From NCBI GenBank assembly GCA_040756035.1, contig JBFLZV010000003.1:11970-75969 (forward strand): a stretch of 64,000 nucleotides of DNA, written 5' to 3'. Source of the DNA: Pseudomonadota bacterium. GTDB taxonomy: Bacteria; Pseudomonadota; Gammaproteobacteria; SURF-13. Positions 1 through 10,325 of the stretch are shown here, piece by piece. The notes below the pieces were generated by a model. It was not told the origin of the DNA. It did no database searches and worked only from the letters and a program-made list of their open reading frames with translations. Made by a program: the position numbers and the translations under genes. Each line of letters opens with the position of its first letter. Position 1 is the first letter of the stretch.

Positions 1-1026
1 ATATCCGACAGCGCATCCGGCTGAAAGGCGAGGTGCGGCACGCGATTTTCCGGATCGGAGGTGAGCGCGCGCACCACGTCCACCAAGTCCGCCACCACCG
101 CGGAGGCGGTCGGCTCGGCGCCCGCGCCGGCGCCGTAATAGAGTGTCGGCCCCACCGCGTCGCCGGTCACCAGCACGGCGTTCATGACGCCGTCGACATT
201 GGCGATCAAGCGCCGGTAGGGAATTAAAGTGGGATGGACGCGCAACTGCACGCCTTGCGGCGTGCGCCGCGCGAACGCCAGATGCTTGATACGGTAGCCG
301 AGCTGTTCCGCGTAATTCACGTCTTCGCGCGTGATGCGCGTGATGCCTTCGGTGTACACCTTGTCGAATTGCAGCGGGATGCCGAAGGCGATGGCGGCGA
401 GAATGGTGAGCTTGTGCGCGGCGTCGACGCCTTCCACGTCGAACGTGGGGTCGGCCTCGGCGTAGCCGAGTTTTTGCGCCTCGGCCAGCACGTCGGCGAA
501 GTCGCGGCCCTTGTCGCGCATCTCGGTGAGAATAAAGTTGCTGGTGCCGTTGACAATGCCGGCCAGCCACTCGATACGGTTGCCGGCCAGGCCCTCGCGG
601 ATGGCTTTGATGATGGGAATGCCGCCCGCCACCGCCGCTTCGAAGGCGACCGTGACGCCGCGCGCGCGCGCCTGCGCGAAAATTTCATTGCCGTGGCGCG
701 CGATCAGCGCCTTGTTGGCGGTGACTACGTGCTTGCCGTTGGCGATCGCCTTACTCACCAGTTCGCGCGCGCGCTGCGTGCCGCCGATCAGTTCGACAAC
801 GATTTCGATATCGGGGTTATCGACCACCTCGTCGGCGTCGGCGGTCAGGCAAATGCTTGTGGTATCGCAGGCGCGCGGCTTGGTTAAATCCTGCGCGGCG
901 GCGTGGATGACTTGGATGCCGCGCCCGGCGCGGCGCGCGATTTCCTGGGCATTGCGCGCCAGCACGCTGACCACGCCGCTGCCCACGGTGCCCAAGCCCA
1001 ACAGACCGACTTTGACGGGGTTCATG
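1..1026 (-). CDS. hom: homoserine dehydrogenase (3' end runs off the window)
   Basis: Minus-strand translation from the ATG at 1026 (MNPVKVGLLGLGTVGSG...NGTSNFIL...) has the Rossmann GxGxxG and the NAD-binding/ACT layout of Hom; the ORF continues to position 1. Confidence 0.85.
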
Positions 1027-1055
1027 AAAATAAAACCTAACGACCCTAAAAACCC

Positions 1056-1194
1056 AACGCCAAGACGCCAAGACGCAAAGAATTAAATGCTACGTCATTT
1101 AACGATCGCTGGTGGAAACACAGCGTAGGGCTCCGGGAAGCGCCTCTGTCCTCATAAATAAAAAGTCTATTCATACTTGGCGTCTTTGCGTTGA
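1056..1194. mobile_element. family A MITE-like copy (139 bp) in the hom-aminotransferase intergenic region
   Basis: Left CAACGCCAAGACGCCAAGACGCAAAG; right CTTGGCGTCTTTGCGTTG. Confidence 0.6.
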
Positions 1195-1253
1195 GGTTTT
1201 ATGTGGTGATCCTTAATGGTATGTGACGGATAGCGAGCGACGGAAGAAATATT

Positions 1254-2459
1254 TTACTTACTGACGACTACGTGCAGCATACCTTCTTTACGGAACATCT
1301 CGCGGATGCCGCGCACCGCTTGGCGCGTGCGGTGTTCATTTTCGATCAAGCCGAAGCGCACGTGGTCGTCGCCGTATTCGCCGAAGCCGATGCCGGGCGA
1401 CACCGCGACCTTGGCCTCTTGCAGCAATTTTTTGGAAAACTCCAGCGAACCCAAATGGCGAAACTGCGGTGGAATAGGCGCCCACACAAACATGGTGCCG
1501 CGCGGTTTTTCCACTTTCCAGCCGATGCTGTTCAAGCCGTCGCACAGCACGTCGCGGCGGCTGCGGTACATCTCGGCGATCTGCTTCACACAATCTTGCG
1601 AGCCTTCCAGCGCGGTGATGGCGGCCACTTGAATGGGCGTGAACATACCGTAGTCGAGATAGGATTTCATGCGCGCCAGCGCGGCCACCAGATGCGCGTT
1701 GCCGCACATGAAACCGATACGCCAGCCCGGCATGTTGTAACTCTTGGACAGAGTGAAAAATTCCACCGCGATGTCCTTGGCGCCGGGCACTTGCAGAATC
1801 GACGGCGCGACGTAGCCGTCGAACACGATGTCGGCGTAGGCGAGATCGTGCACCACCCAGATTTCATTTTCGCGCGCAATGGCCACGACCTTCTTGAAAA
1901 ATTCCAGATCAACGCACTGCGTGGTGGGATTACCGGGGAAATTCAGCACCAGCATTTTCGGGCGCGGCCAGGAATCGCGGATCGCCTTTTCCAGTTCACT
2001 GAAGAAATCCTTGCCAGGCACCAGCGGTACGTGGCGGATGTCGGCGCCGGCGATGACGAAGCCGTAAGGATGAATGGGATACGACGGATTCGGCACCAGC
2101 ACCGCGTCGCCCGGCCCCATGGTGGCGAGCGCCAGATGCGCCAGCCCTTCCTTGGAGCCGATGGTGACGATGGCCTCTTTGTCCGGGTCGAGATCGACGT
2201 CAAAGCGGCGCTTATACCAGCCGCAGATCGCCTTGCGCAGGCGCGGAATGCCGCGCGACATGGAATAGCGGTGTGTGTCGCCGCGCTGCGTGGCCTCGAT
2301 CATTTTATCGACGATGTGCTGCGGCGTGGGCTGGTCGGGATTGCCCATGCCGAAGTCGATGATATCCTCGCCGCGCGCGCGCGCCTGCGCCTTCAACTCT
2401 GTTACAATGTTGAAGACGTAGGGCGGCAACCGCTTGATGCGGGGAAACTCACCGATCAC
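1254..2459 (-). CDS. class I/II PLP-dependent aminotransferase (alanine/aspartate aminotransferase-like)
   Basis: 401 aa; [19 protein letters not shown] (PLP-lysine motif SKS), fold I aminotransferase pattern; typical neighbour of hom. Confidence 0.85.
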   Translation of the reverse strand: MIGEFPRIKRLPPYVFNIVTELKAQARARGEDIIDFGMGNPDQPTPQHIVDKMIEATQRGDTHRYSMSRGIPRLRKAICGWYKRRFDVDLDPDKEAIVTIGSKEGLAHLALATMGPGDAVLVPNPSYPIHPYGFVIAGADIRHVPLVPGKDFFSELEKAIRDSWPRPKMLVLNFPGNPTTQCVDLEFFKKVVAIARENEIWVVHDLAYADIVFDGYVAPSILQVPGAKDIAVEFFTLSKSYNMPGWRIGFMCGNAHLVAALARMKSYLDYGMFTPIQVAAITALEGSQDCVKQIAEMYRSRRDVLCDGLNSIGWKVEKPRGTMFVWAPIPPQFRHLGSLEFSKKLLQEAKVAVSPGIGFGEYGDDHVRFGLIENEHRTRQAVRGIREMFRKEGMLHVVVSK

Positions 2460-2675
2460 GTTAGTACTTCTCTATCTCTAAAAATGTCCGTTATGGCGCG
2501 GCACACGAATACGCCTTTTCAAACACATGTGTTCGAAAAGCGAGACAAAGCGGTATCTTGTCTCGCGCAAATATCGAACAATACTGGCGGCGTAGGAAAC
2601 TGTCAACCAAATCAAGCAACAACCGTGCCTTTTAATGTCTGATTCTTAAGATAACGGGCACACCCATAAATCATC

Positions 2676-3065
2676 ATGAAATTCAACCTGGAACTCGGCT
2701 CGGAAGGCACTTATCTCATCCGGTCTTATCAAGCCGGGGAAATCAGCGTGGCTGCGGCACTGGCGCAACCGGAAACCCTCACACACAGCGTCGTCATTAC
2801 TCCGCAGCGGCTGCTGCGCGACTGGCCGCCGCAGCGGTTTGATGAATTGCGGGCCGATCACTTTGCTATGTTAGCCGACCTCCGCCCGGAAGTAGTGCTG
2901 CTCGGCTGCGGCAACCGCCTGCGCTTCCCGCACCCCAGCCTGACTGCGCCGCTCACCGCGCTGGGCATCGCCGTGGAAGCGATGGACACCGGCGCGGCGT
3001 GCCGCACCTACAATATCTTGATCGCCGAAGGCCGCCAGGTCGCCGCCGCGTTGTTGATGATCTAA
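2676..3065 (+). CDS. Mth938-like/DUF498 family small protein
   Basis: 129 aa ORF; resembles Xcc1710/Mth938-like domain proteins; divergent from the aminotransferase. Confidence 0.5.
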   Translation: MKFNLELGSEGTYLIRSYQAGEISVAAALAQPETLTHSVVITPQRLLRDWPPQRFDELRADHFAMLADLRPEVVLLGCGNRLRFPHPSLTAPLTALGIAVEAMDTGAACRTYNILIAEGRQVAAALLMI

Positions 3066-3069
3066 AACG

Positions 3070-3118
3070 GTAATGGGTAAACGATGGTGAGTGATGAGTA
3101 AACCCCGCCCATCACCCA
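3070..3118. repeat. REP-like GGTAATGGGTRA family D unit between convergent gene ends
   Basis: TAATGGGTAAACGATGGTGAGTGATGAGTAAACCCCGCCCATCACCCATCACC; relatives at 35650-35672, 56575-56640 and 59480-59530. Confidence 0.55.
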
Positions 3119-4006
3119 TCACCTTCTCTTAGGCAGATACAGCAACGGATCCACCGGTTTGCCGTCTTTGCGGATTTCGAAGTACAGCATCACGCGCTCC
3201 GCGCCGCTCTTGCCCATTTCCGCGATGGTCTGCCCGGCGGCCACCTTGTCGCCTTCTTTTACGAGTATCTTTTTATTGTGTGCATAAGCACTTATAAACG
3301 ATTTATCATGTTTTACTATAACTAGTTCGCCGAGCCGAACAATGCTGTTGCCGGCATATACCACGCGCCCGGCGGCGGCGGCGCGGATCGGCTGGCGTTC
3401 ATGGCCAGCGATGTTCAGCCCCTTGTCGCCGCCCCCCCCTTGTAATACCTCCCCTTCCGCCGGCCAACCCCAGGTCACCACGGATGGCGCCGCGTCATCC
3501 ATGTCATCCGCGACAGAAGCGGAAGGCTCCGTGGCGGGCGGCGTAGGCTGAGGCTGCTGTGCGAGGACAGGAGAGGCCGGCGGTGACGCAGGAGTGGTCG
3601 GCTGTTGCGCGACGGTAGTAGGCGCGGGGGGCGCAGCCGCGCCGGGCGGCGCGACCAGTAGATTTTGTCCGACGTAAATCCGATACGGCGGACTGATGCG
3701 ATTCCATTGCGCAACGTCCTTGTAGTCGCGTCCGTATTTCCAGGCGATGGAATACAGCGTTTCGCCGCGCTGCACTTGATGGTAGCCGGTCTTGGACACG
3801 ACGCGCGGCGTGTCCGCCGCCGCGCGCGCCGGCCGGTCGCGGTCCGCCACCGGGGCCACGGCGTGACGCCCGCCGCAGGCGCTCAGCAACGCGGCGCAAT
3901 AAAAACCCAACACCAAGACGCCAAGATGCAAGAATGGCCTGGAAAAAAACGAGCACCTTGAAAAGAAATTCTGCAACGTAAGGACACCTATAAAACTTTT
4001 TCTCAT
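3119..4006 (-). CDS. nlpD: LysM + M23 peptidase lipoprotein NlpD
   Basis: Lipobox LLSAC, LysM (YHQVQRGETLYSIAWKY), Pro/Thr-rich linker, M23 domain (ISAYAHN, MLYFEIRKDGKPVDP); its ATG at 4006 overlaps the upstream stop (ATGA); start may be later. Confidence 0.85.
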   Translation of the reverse strand: MRKSFIGVLTLQNFFSRCSFFSRPFLHLGVLVLGFYCAALLSACGGRHAVAPVADRDRPARAAADTPRVVSKTGYHQVQRGETLYSIAWKYGRDYKDVAQWNRISPPYRIYVGQNLLVAPPGAAAPPAPTTVAQQPTTPASPPASPVLAQQPQPTPPATEPSASVADDMDDAAPSVVTWGWPAEGEVLQGGGGDKGLNIAGHERQPIRAAAAGRVVYAGNSIVRLGELVIVKHDKSFISAYAHNKKILVKEGDKVAAGQTIAEMGKSGAERVMLYFEIRKDGKPVDPLLYLPKRR

Positions 4007-4580
4007 TCGTGCAGAAACACATAGCCCAGCACCGCCAGCGTCACCACTATCCAGCCTATGCGGTCGATGTAGCCGCGCAGCATCCGTTCCATGCGCGCGC
4101 CGCCCCACAGCATGGCGCCGGCCACCAGAAAAAAACGCGCGCCGCGCCCGATCAGCGAGGCGAGCACGAACGGCAGCAACGCCATGGAGATTACGCCTGC
4201 CGCGATGGTGAATACCTTATAGGGGATGGGCGTGAACGCGGCGATAAAAATGGTCCAGAAGCCCCAGCGCGCGAACCAGTCGTGCACTTGCAGGTAGAGC
4301 TCCCAGTAACCCGCGCGGTGAATCAGCGGTTCCACCAAGTCAAAAGCGAAGTGGCCGATGAGATAGCCGAACACGCCGCCCAGCACGGAGGTGAGCGTGG
4401 TGAGCGCGGCCAGGCGCCAGGCGCGCGCCGGCGTGGCCAGCGCCATGGGCGCGAGCATGACGTCGGGTGGAATCGGGAAGAACGATGATTCGGCGAAACT
4501 CAACACGCCCAGATACCACGGCGCATGCCGATGACGCGACCATTGCATGACCTTGGCGTACAGCCTGCCGAACATTCCCA
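4003..4580 (-). CDS. DedA/YqaA-family inner membrane protein
   Basis: 192 aa from [10 protein letters not shown]; multi-TM with WGFWTIFIAAFTPIPYKVFTIAAG motif; its ATG overlaps the pcm stop (ATGA); the upstream part of the 445-aa ORF is spurious. Confidence 0.75.
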
Positions 4581-5243
4581 TCAGCTCACGCCTCCGCGCA
4601 ACGGCACGAAACTCACCTTGCCGAGATTTTCCCGCACGTAACCTTCGGATGTGCGCCGCACCAGCAGCAAGTCCTGGCCGCCGCGCTCGCCGAGCGGCAG
4701 CACCAGACGCCCCGCCGGACCCAGTTGTTCGAGCAGCGCCTGCGGAATTTCCGCGGGCGCGGCGGTGACGAGGATGGCGTCGTACGGCGCGTGTTCCGGC
4801 CAGCCGCACGCGCCGTTGCTGTGCTTGACGCGGATGTTGCGCAGTTTCAGATCGCTGAAGCGCCGCCGCGCGACACTGAGCAGCGCGTCGATGCGCTCCA
4901 CGCTGAACAGCTCGTCGACGAATTGCGCGAGCAGCGCGCTTTGATAGCCGGAACCGGTGCCGATCTCCAGCACCTTGCCGAGCGGACCGCTGTTGAGCAG
5001 CGCCTCGGTCATGCGCGCCACCACGTAAGGCTGCGAGATGGTTTGGCCGTGACCGATGGGCAGCGCGGTGTCCTCGTAAGCGCGGCTCGCCAAAGCTTCG
5101 TCGACGAAGATGTGGCGCGGCAGCGCGCGCATTGCTTCCAATAAACCGGCGTGTTGGATGCCCTGCTCGCGCAAGCGCTGCACGAGCCGTTCGCGCGTGC
5201 GCTGCGAGGTCATGCCGATGCCGCGGTGACGTACGCTGTTCAT
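4581..5243 (-). CDS. pcm: protein-L-isoaspartate O-methyltransferase
   Basis: 220 aa; [19 protein letters not shown] motif; canonical surE-pcm-nlpD context. Confidence 0.95.
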   Translation of the reverse strand: MNSVRHRGIGMTSQRTRERLVQRLREQGIQHAGLLEAMRALPRHIFVDEALASRAYEDTALPIGHGQTISQPYVVARMTEALLNSGPLGKVLEIGTGSGYQSALLAQFVDELFSVERIDALLSVARRRFSDLKLRNIRVKHSNGACGWPEHAPYDAILVTAAPAEIPQALLEQLGPAGRLVLPLGERGGQDLLLVRRTSEGYVRENLGKVSFVPLRGGVS

Positions 5244-5251
5244 GAACGGCG

Positions 5252-6022
5252 TTAGGCTTTGTGCGCGGCGGCCGCGCGTAGCGTGCGGCGTTGTAACCAG
5301 CTTGCGACTTTATCCAGGGCGGTATAGCGCGTAAGGTCAACGAGTATCGGCGTGACCGACACGTAATGATTGCGCAGCGCGTGAAAGTCGGTGCCCGGCC
5401 CGGCGTCCTGTTCGGCGCCGGGCGGCCCGACCCAGTAGATGGTGCGTCCGCGCGGATCGGTGTTGCGGATCACCGGCTCGGCCTTGTGGCGGTGCCCCAG
5501 GCGCGTGGCCTCGAAGCCGGCCAGTTGCTCCCACGGCAGGTCCGGCACATTGACGTTGAGGATGGTGTCGGCGGGCAGCGGATCGTCCTGCAGGCAGTCG
5601 ATCAGATGCAGCACCACGCGCGCCGCGGTGTCGAAATGCTGCTGGCCAACCAGCGACACGGCCAGCGCCGGCAGCCCCAGGAAACGCCCCTCCGTGGCGG
5701 CGGCCACGGTGCCGGAATACAACACGTCGTCGCCCAGGTTCGCGCCCAGGTTGATGCCCGACACCACCATGTCCGGCTCCTGTTCGAGCAGGCCGGTGAT
5801 GGCCAAGTGCACGCAGTCGGTGGGCGTGCCGTCGACGCGAATGAAGCCGTTTTCCATGCGCGTGGCGCGTATCGGCGCGTCTAAGGTCAGCGAATTGCTG
5901 GCGCCGCTGCGATCACGGTCGGGGGCCACCACGTCGACGTGCGCGATGCTGCGCAGCGCGTCGGCCAAGCGGATGATGCCGGGGGACTGATAACCGTCGT
6001 CGTTGCTTATTAATATTCGCAT
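5252..6022 (-). CDS. surE: 5'/3'-nucleotidase SurE
   Basis: [16 protein letters not shown]...[21 protein letters not shown]; start taken at MRILISN (the ORF extends upstream spuriously). Confidence 0.95.
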   Translation of the reverse strand: MRILISNDDGYQSPGIIRLADALRSIAHVDVVAPDRDRSGASNSLTLDAPIRATRMENGFIRVDGTPTDCVHLAITGLLEQEPDMVVSGINLGANLGDDVLYSGTVAAATEGRFLGLPALAVSLVGQQHFDTAARVVLHLIDCLQDDPLPADTILNVNVPDLPWEQLAGFEATRLGHRHKAEPVIRNTDPRGRTIYWVGPPGAEQDAGPGTDFHALRNHYVSVTPILVDLTRYTALDKVASWLQRRTLRAAAAHKA

Positions 6023-6185
6023 AGTGCCGATATCATCCTCATATCCGCATGGATATTCAAGAAACTTCCTGTGTGCCGAATGCCCACGCAGCGCGCTTGC
6101 ACGACGGCGCGGCAGCATTTACCATGCGCAGATTTGCGAATCTGACATGGTTTTTGCATAAGGTCTTTCGAATGCTATTTTAACC

Positions 6186-7277
6186 ATGTCGCACGGAGTA
6201 AGCATAGCCATGCACACAGACTTATGTCGCCGCGGCCTGACGCGCCTCGCCCTATTGGCGGCCTTGCTGCCCGCGCCGGCGCACGCGGAGTTTATCCTGT
6301 TTCCGCAACTCAACCAGGTCGAGCGCCGCGGCGTTGCTCCGGGAATCAACCTGGAAGAGCATGAGTTCAAGCCGGGCGTGGATATTTTTTATTCCTCCGA
6401 CCACGGGCGACTGCGGCTGCTCGGCGAGTTTGAAATCCTGCGGGGCAAGAAACCCAAGGCCGGCACCGTGGAGCGCCTGCAGGCGGGATGGCTGCTGAAC
6501 CCGGACACCACGGTATGGTTAGGCCGACATCATACGCCGTTCGGTTATTGGAATACCGAGTACCATCACGGCAGCTATCTGCAGAGCGCCGTCACGCGTC
6601 CGGGGATCATCGATTTCGGTTCCGGCGCGCCCTTGGCCCGCCATCTCACCGGTTTGCTGCTTGAATCGGCGCACGCCGGCGCCGATGAATCCGGGCTGCG
6701 TTACTCATTCAGCGTGGGAGCCAGCCCAGGAGTCGGTAGCGGTTTAAAGGAATTCGATATACTGGATTTCAATGACGGCAATCACAGTTGGGGAAGTATT
6801 CTGCGCGTCACGCACCACTGGGGAGGCGCGCATCACACCGAGATGGGGGCCTTTGCGGGCTACATGCTGTTGCCCGGCAACAACGCAACGCTGCACGAAG
6901 TCCGCCAAACCGTGCTAGGCGCCCTCGGCAATTGGGAGCACCGGCGCGTGCGCGTGCTCGGCGAGGCATACTGGGTCAATGATATTATCGACCGCCCCGC
7001 CGGAAACGCCAGCGGTTCGTTCATCAACGTCAACTTGCAGGTGGAATATAAACCGCACGAGGATTGGGTGCTCTATGCACGCGCCGAAGACACCTTCGGC
7101 GGCGACGGCGATCCCTACCTTGGCTTTTTTCCCACCTTTATTGAGCAACGCGGTCTGGCGGGAGTCACCTACATGCTTACACCCAACCAGGCCATTAAGC
7201 TGGAGGCCGCCGACGTGCGCCTGCAAAGCGACCGCTTTACCCAAATCAATCTGCAGTGGAGCGCTGCTTTCCCGTGA
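6186..7277 (+). CDS. hypothetical exported protein (signal peptide, Gly/His/Trp-rich)
   Basis: 363 aa ORF; N-terminal LTRLALLAALLPAPAHAEF signal peptide; no recognisable catalytic motif. Confidence 0.5.
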   Translation: MSHGVSIAMHTDLCRRGLTRLALLAALLPAPAHAEFILFPQLNQVERRGVAPGINLEEHEFKPGVDIFYSSDHGRLRLLGEFEILRGKKPKAGTVERLQAGWLLNPDTTVWLGRHHTPFGYWNTEYHHGSYLQSAVTRPGIIDFGSGAPLARHLTGLLLESAHAGADESGLRYSFSVGASPGVGSGLKEFDILDFNDGNHSWGSILRVTHHWGGAHHTEMGAFAGYMLLPGNNATLHEVRQTVLGALGNWEHRRVRVLGEAYWVNDIIDRPAGNASGSFINVNLQVEYKPHEDWVLYARAEDTFGGDGDPYLGFFPTFIEQRGLAGVTYMLTPNQAIKLEAADVRLQSDRFTQINLQWSAAFP

Positions 7278-7726
7278 AACGTAGGCTGTTTTTAGGCATG
7301 ATGATCGTGGTGACGCTCGGCGCCGCACCCGCTTCCGTGCCCGCCGCGCGCCTCGTGCTGGTGACGGACGCCGCCTCCGAAATGCCCGCGATCGGCAGCA
7401 CGGAAGTGCGTAAATTGTTCCTGGGCAAGCCGCTGGTCAAGGACGGCCTGCGTATTCAAGCATTGCGTAACGAGACCAATGATTTATTGCGCGAGGTGTT
7501 CTTGCAAAAGGTCATGTTCATGTCGGCGCGTGACTATGAGCGCCAACTGCTCTCCAACGTGTTCCGCGAAGGCGGAGAACGGCCCGCCGCCTACGATCAG
7601 CCGGCGCCGCTGGTGGAAGCCTTGCGCGCCAAACCCGGCGCGGTGACGTACATGTGGGAAGACGCCGCGCGCGCCACGCCGAACGTGAAGATCGTCAGCG
7701 AGTTATGGCAAGGCTCGCTGGAATAA
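7256..7726 (+). CDS. hypothetical periplasmic protein, solute-binding-like (phosphonate-binding-type fold?), possible sensory partner of the downstream GGDEF-EAL protein
   Basis: 156 aa; N-terminal hydrophobic MMIVVTLGAAPASVPAA; overlaps neighbours at both ends (operonic). Confidence 0.4.
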   Translation: MERCFPVKRRLFLGMMIVVTLGAAPASVPAARLVLVTDAASEMPAIGSTEVRKLFLGKPLVKDGLRIQALRNETNDLLREVFLQKVMFMSARDYERQLLSNVFREGGERPAAYDQPAPLVEALRAKPGAVTYMWEDAARATPNVKIVSELWQGSLE

Positions 7727-9696
7727 AAAACTTTCTCAACAGCCTGATCGGACGCATGGCGCTGGGCGTGCTGTTGATCCACGCGCTGCTCGCGCCGCTG
7801 ATGTTCGGCGGCATGCTGTTCATCGTCAAACAGGCCTACGAGGCGCAGTTCATCAATCATGTGCGTTCCGAGGCGCGCTTGATCGCGACGCTGGCGGAGC
7901 GTGACTTGGACATTCCCGATTTACGCGTGCATCTCGACGACGTGCTGCTCGGCAGCACGATCGTGTACGCGCAGGTCGTGAAGGAGGACGGTTCGATTTA
8001 TTATCAATCCGGAACCGCGCCGGACGAATTCAAGGAGGATTTTTTTTTTGGTGACCACGACGATTCCACGTATTACATCGCCGTCCCGATTCAGCACGAC
8101 GGACGCATGCGCGCCGTGCTGCGCCTCGGCTACGATGAACAGCCGGTCAAGGAGCAAATCAGCAACGCCTATCGGCGCGCCATTAATCTGGGCGTGGTGT
8201 ACGTCATCCTGACGTTGGCCCTGGTGACTTTTTTCGGCTGGCAAATCACGCAATCGCTGCGCCGTTTGCGTGACGCGGCGCATCAAGTGGTGACGGGCGA
8301 CATCGCCCGGCAGCTCGACATAGCCACCGGCATCAGCGAGATAACCAGCCTGGGACGAGACTTGGAGCGCATGCGCTGGAAACTCGTGCATCAAGGCGAA
8401 CTGCTGGAACACCAGGCCCTGCACGACAGCCTTACCGGCCTACCCAACCGCGCCCTGTTGCGCGACCGTTTGCAGCAGGCGTTGAGCGCCGCGCCGCGCA
8501 ACGGTAAGGCCATCGCGCTGCTCATGATCGACCTGGACCGCTTCAAGGAAGTGAACGACACGCTCGGCCATCAGATCGGCGACCTGCTGCTGCAAAATCT
8601 GGCGCTGCGCCTGCGCGGCACGCTGCGCGAATCTGACACCGTGGCGCGCCTGGGCGGCGACGAGTTCGCCGTGCTGCTGCCCGCCGTTGACAACACCCAA
8701 CATGCGGCGATAGCCGCGCAAAAAATTCTGAAGTTATTGGAAACACCGATCGACGCCGGCGAACACAGCCTGCTGGTCGGCGGCAGTATCGGCATTGCGC
8801 TCGCCCCGGAGCACGGCGCGGACATCGAGACGCTCATGCGCCGCGCCGATCTCGCCATGTATTACGCCAAACGTACGCACGGCGGGTACTGCATTTACCA
8901 CGCCGACCTCGATCAACAAATGGCCGGCGAACTCAACTTGCTCGACGAATTGCGTCGAGCCGTCGAGCACCGCCAACTGGCGCTGCACTATCAACCGAAA
9001 ATCGATCTGCGCACCGCAAAAGTGGTGAGCGTCGAGGCGCTGCTGCGCTGGCAGCATCCGCAGCGCGGCCTACTCACGCCCGCCGCGTTCCTGCCGGCGG
9101 CGGAAAAAAGCGGGCTTATCAACGATATTACATATTGGGTGCTGGAAGAAGCGCTGCAGCAGTGCCGGCGCTGGCGCCAAGCGGGTTCGCATCTCCCCGT
9201 GGCGATCAATTTATCGGCGCGCAGTCTGCAAAATCCCGCGTTGCCGGAGCAGATCACTACGCTGCTGCACAAATCCGGCATCGAGCCCGCGGCTCTGGAA
9301 TTAGAAATCAATGAAAGCATCATCTTGATGAACCCGGCCCATACCTTGGAGATGCTCGGGCATTTGCACGACCTGGGTGTGCGCCTGTCCATCGACGACT
9401 ACGGCACCGCCGCCTCATCGCTGCAATATCTTAATCAATTGCCCATGCATCAGATCAAGATCGACAAATCGTTTATCGGCGACCTGGAAAACAAAGGTAA
9501 CGCCCGGGTGGTGCGCGCCGCCATCGACCTCGCCCACGACATGGGACGCACCGCCATCGCCGAGGGAGTGGAAAGCCTAGAAGCGCTGAAACGTTTGCAG
9601 GCGTTGGGCTGCGACATGGCGCAGGGCTATCACGTGAGTCCGCCGCTGCCCGCCGACGAACTCATGCAGTGGCTGCATACCTCGCAGTGGCGCTAG
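7654..9696 (+). CDS. membrane-anchored HAMP-GGDEF-EAL c-di-GMP turnover protein
   Basis: 680 aa; TM segment, HAMP, GGDEF domain with intact RLGGDEF, EAL domain with EALLRW and QPKIDL; start ambiguous (7654-7705). Confidence 0.9.
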   Translation: MGRRRARHAEREDRQRVMARLAGIKNFLNSLIGRMALGVLLIHALLAPLMFGGMLFIVKQAYEAQFINHVRSEARLIATLAERDLDIPDLRVHLDDVLLGSTIVYAQVVKEDGSIYYQSGTAPDEFKEDFFFGDHDDSTYYIAVPIQHDGRMRAVLRLGYDEQPVKEQISNAYRRAINLGVVYVILTLALVTFFGWQITQSLRRLRDAAHQVVTGDIARQLDIATGISEITSLGRDLERMRWKLVHQGELLEHQALHDSLTGLPNRALLRDRLQQALSAAPRNGKAIALLMIDLDRFKEVNDTLGHQIGDLLLQNLALRLRGTLRESDTVARLGGDEFAVLLPAVDNTQHAAIAAQKILKLLETPIDAGEHSLLVGGSIGIALAPEHGADIETLMRRADLAMYYAKRTHGGYCIYHADLDQQMAGELNLLDELRRAVEHRQLALHYQPKIDLRTAKVVSVEALLRWQHPQRGLLTPAAFLPAAEKSGLINDITYWVLEEALQQCRRWRQAGSHLPVAINLSARSLQNPALPEQITTLLHKSGIEPAALELEINESIILMNPAHTLEMLGHLHDLGVRLSIDDYGTAASSLQYLNQLPMHQIKIDKSFIGDLENKGNARVVRAAIDLAHDMGRTAIAEGVESLEALKRLQALGCDMAQGYHVSPPLPADELMQWLHTSQWR

Positions 9697-9733
9697 GCTC
9701 CGCCCGGCGCCTATTGTTGACGCGCGGCGTAAC

Positions 9734-10321
9734 GTGTATCTTGGATGCATCACCGCCCAGCGACCGGCAGCCATGGCCAAGCCCGCTCCGCCCAAACTTT
9801 CCGAGGAAGACCGCGATCTGTTCCGCAGCGCCGTGCAGCGCGTCGCGCCCTTGCGCCACGCCAAGGTAACGCCGCCGCGTAAACGCTCCGCGCCCGTCCC
9901 CCGCCAGACCCGCCTGGAAGAACAGCGCGTCATCCAGGACATGCTCTCGGAGCAACCGGATGTGGCGGAGGTGGAAACCGGCGAGGAACTGCTGTTCAGC
10001 CGTCAAGGATTGCAGCACGGCTTACTGCGCAAACTGCGCCGCGGCCAGTTCAACATCGACGCGCAACTCGACCTGCACGGCATGACGGCGGCGGAGGCGC
10101 GCGCGGCGCTGGCGCAATTTCTCGCGCACTGCCAGGCGTCCAACGCACGTTGCGTGCGCATCATCCACGGCAAAGGCCGCGGCTCGCGCCATCAACAACC
10201 CGTGCTCAAGGGAAAAGTCAATCACTGGCTGCAACAACGCGACGACGTGCTGGCGTTCTGCTCGGCGCGCCCGGCGGACGGCGGCACCGGCGCGGTGTAT
10301 GTGTTGCTGAAACGGCGCTAG
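9734..10321 (+). CDS. Smr-domain protein (SmrA/YdaL-like endonuclease)
   Basis: C-terminal Smr domain: DLHGMTAAEA...VRIIHGKGRGS...LKGKVNHWL; start may be the ATG at 9773. Confidence 0.8.
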   Translation: MYLGCITAQRPAAMAKPAPPKLSEEDRDLFRSAVQRVAPLRHAKVTPPRKRSAPVPRQTRLEEQRVIQDMLSEQPDVAEVETGEELLFSRQGLQHGLLRKLRRGQFNIDAQLDLHGMTAAEARAALAQFLAHCQASNARCVRIIHGKGRGSRHQQPVLKGKVNHWLQQRDDVLAFCSARPADGGTGAVYVLLKRR

Positions 10322-10325
10322 CAGG

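Noticed and set aside
1272-2642. 456-aa plus-strand ORF antisense to the aminotransferase gene
   Set aside because: Arg/Ala/His-rich low-complexity translation typical of GC-rich antisense frames. The opposite strand encodes a well-conserved PLP aminotransferase.
3908-3931. Family A-like arm sequence CTTGGCGTCTTGGTGTTGGG inside the nlpD 5' coding region
   Set aside because: It encodes the hydrophobic signal-peptide core LGVLVLG. The resemblance to the MITE arm is probably codon-composition coincidence, although a later TTG start for nlpD cannot be excluded.
4585-5340. Upstream ~250 aa of the 445-aa minus ORF 4003..5340
   Set aside because: Only the last 192 aa (from MGMFG at 4580) look like a real DedA-family membrane protein. 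The upstream part is Arg/Ala low-complexity and lies in the wrong frame over pcm.
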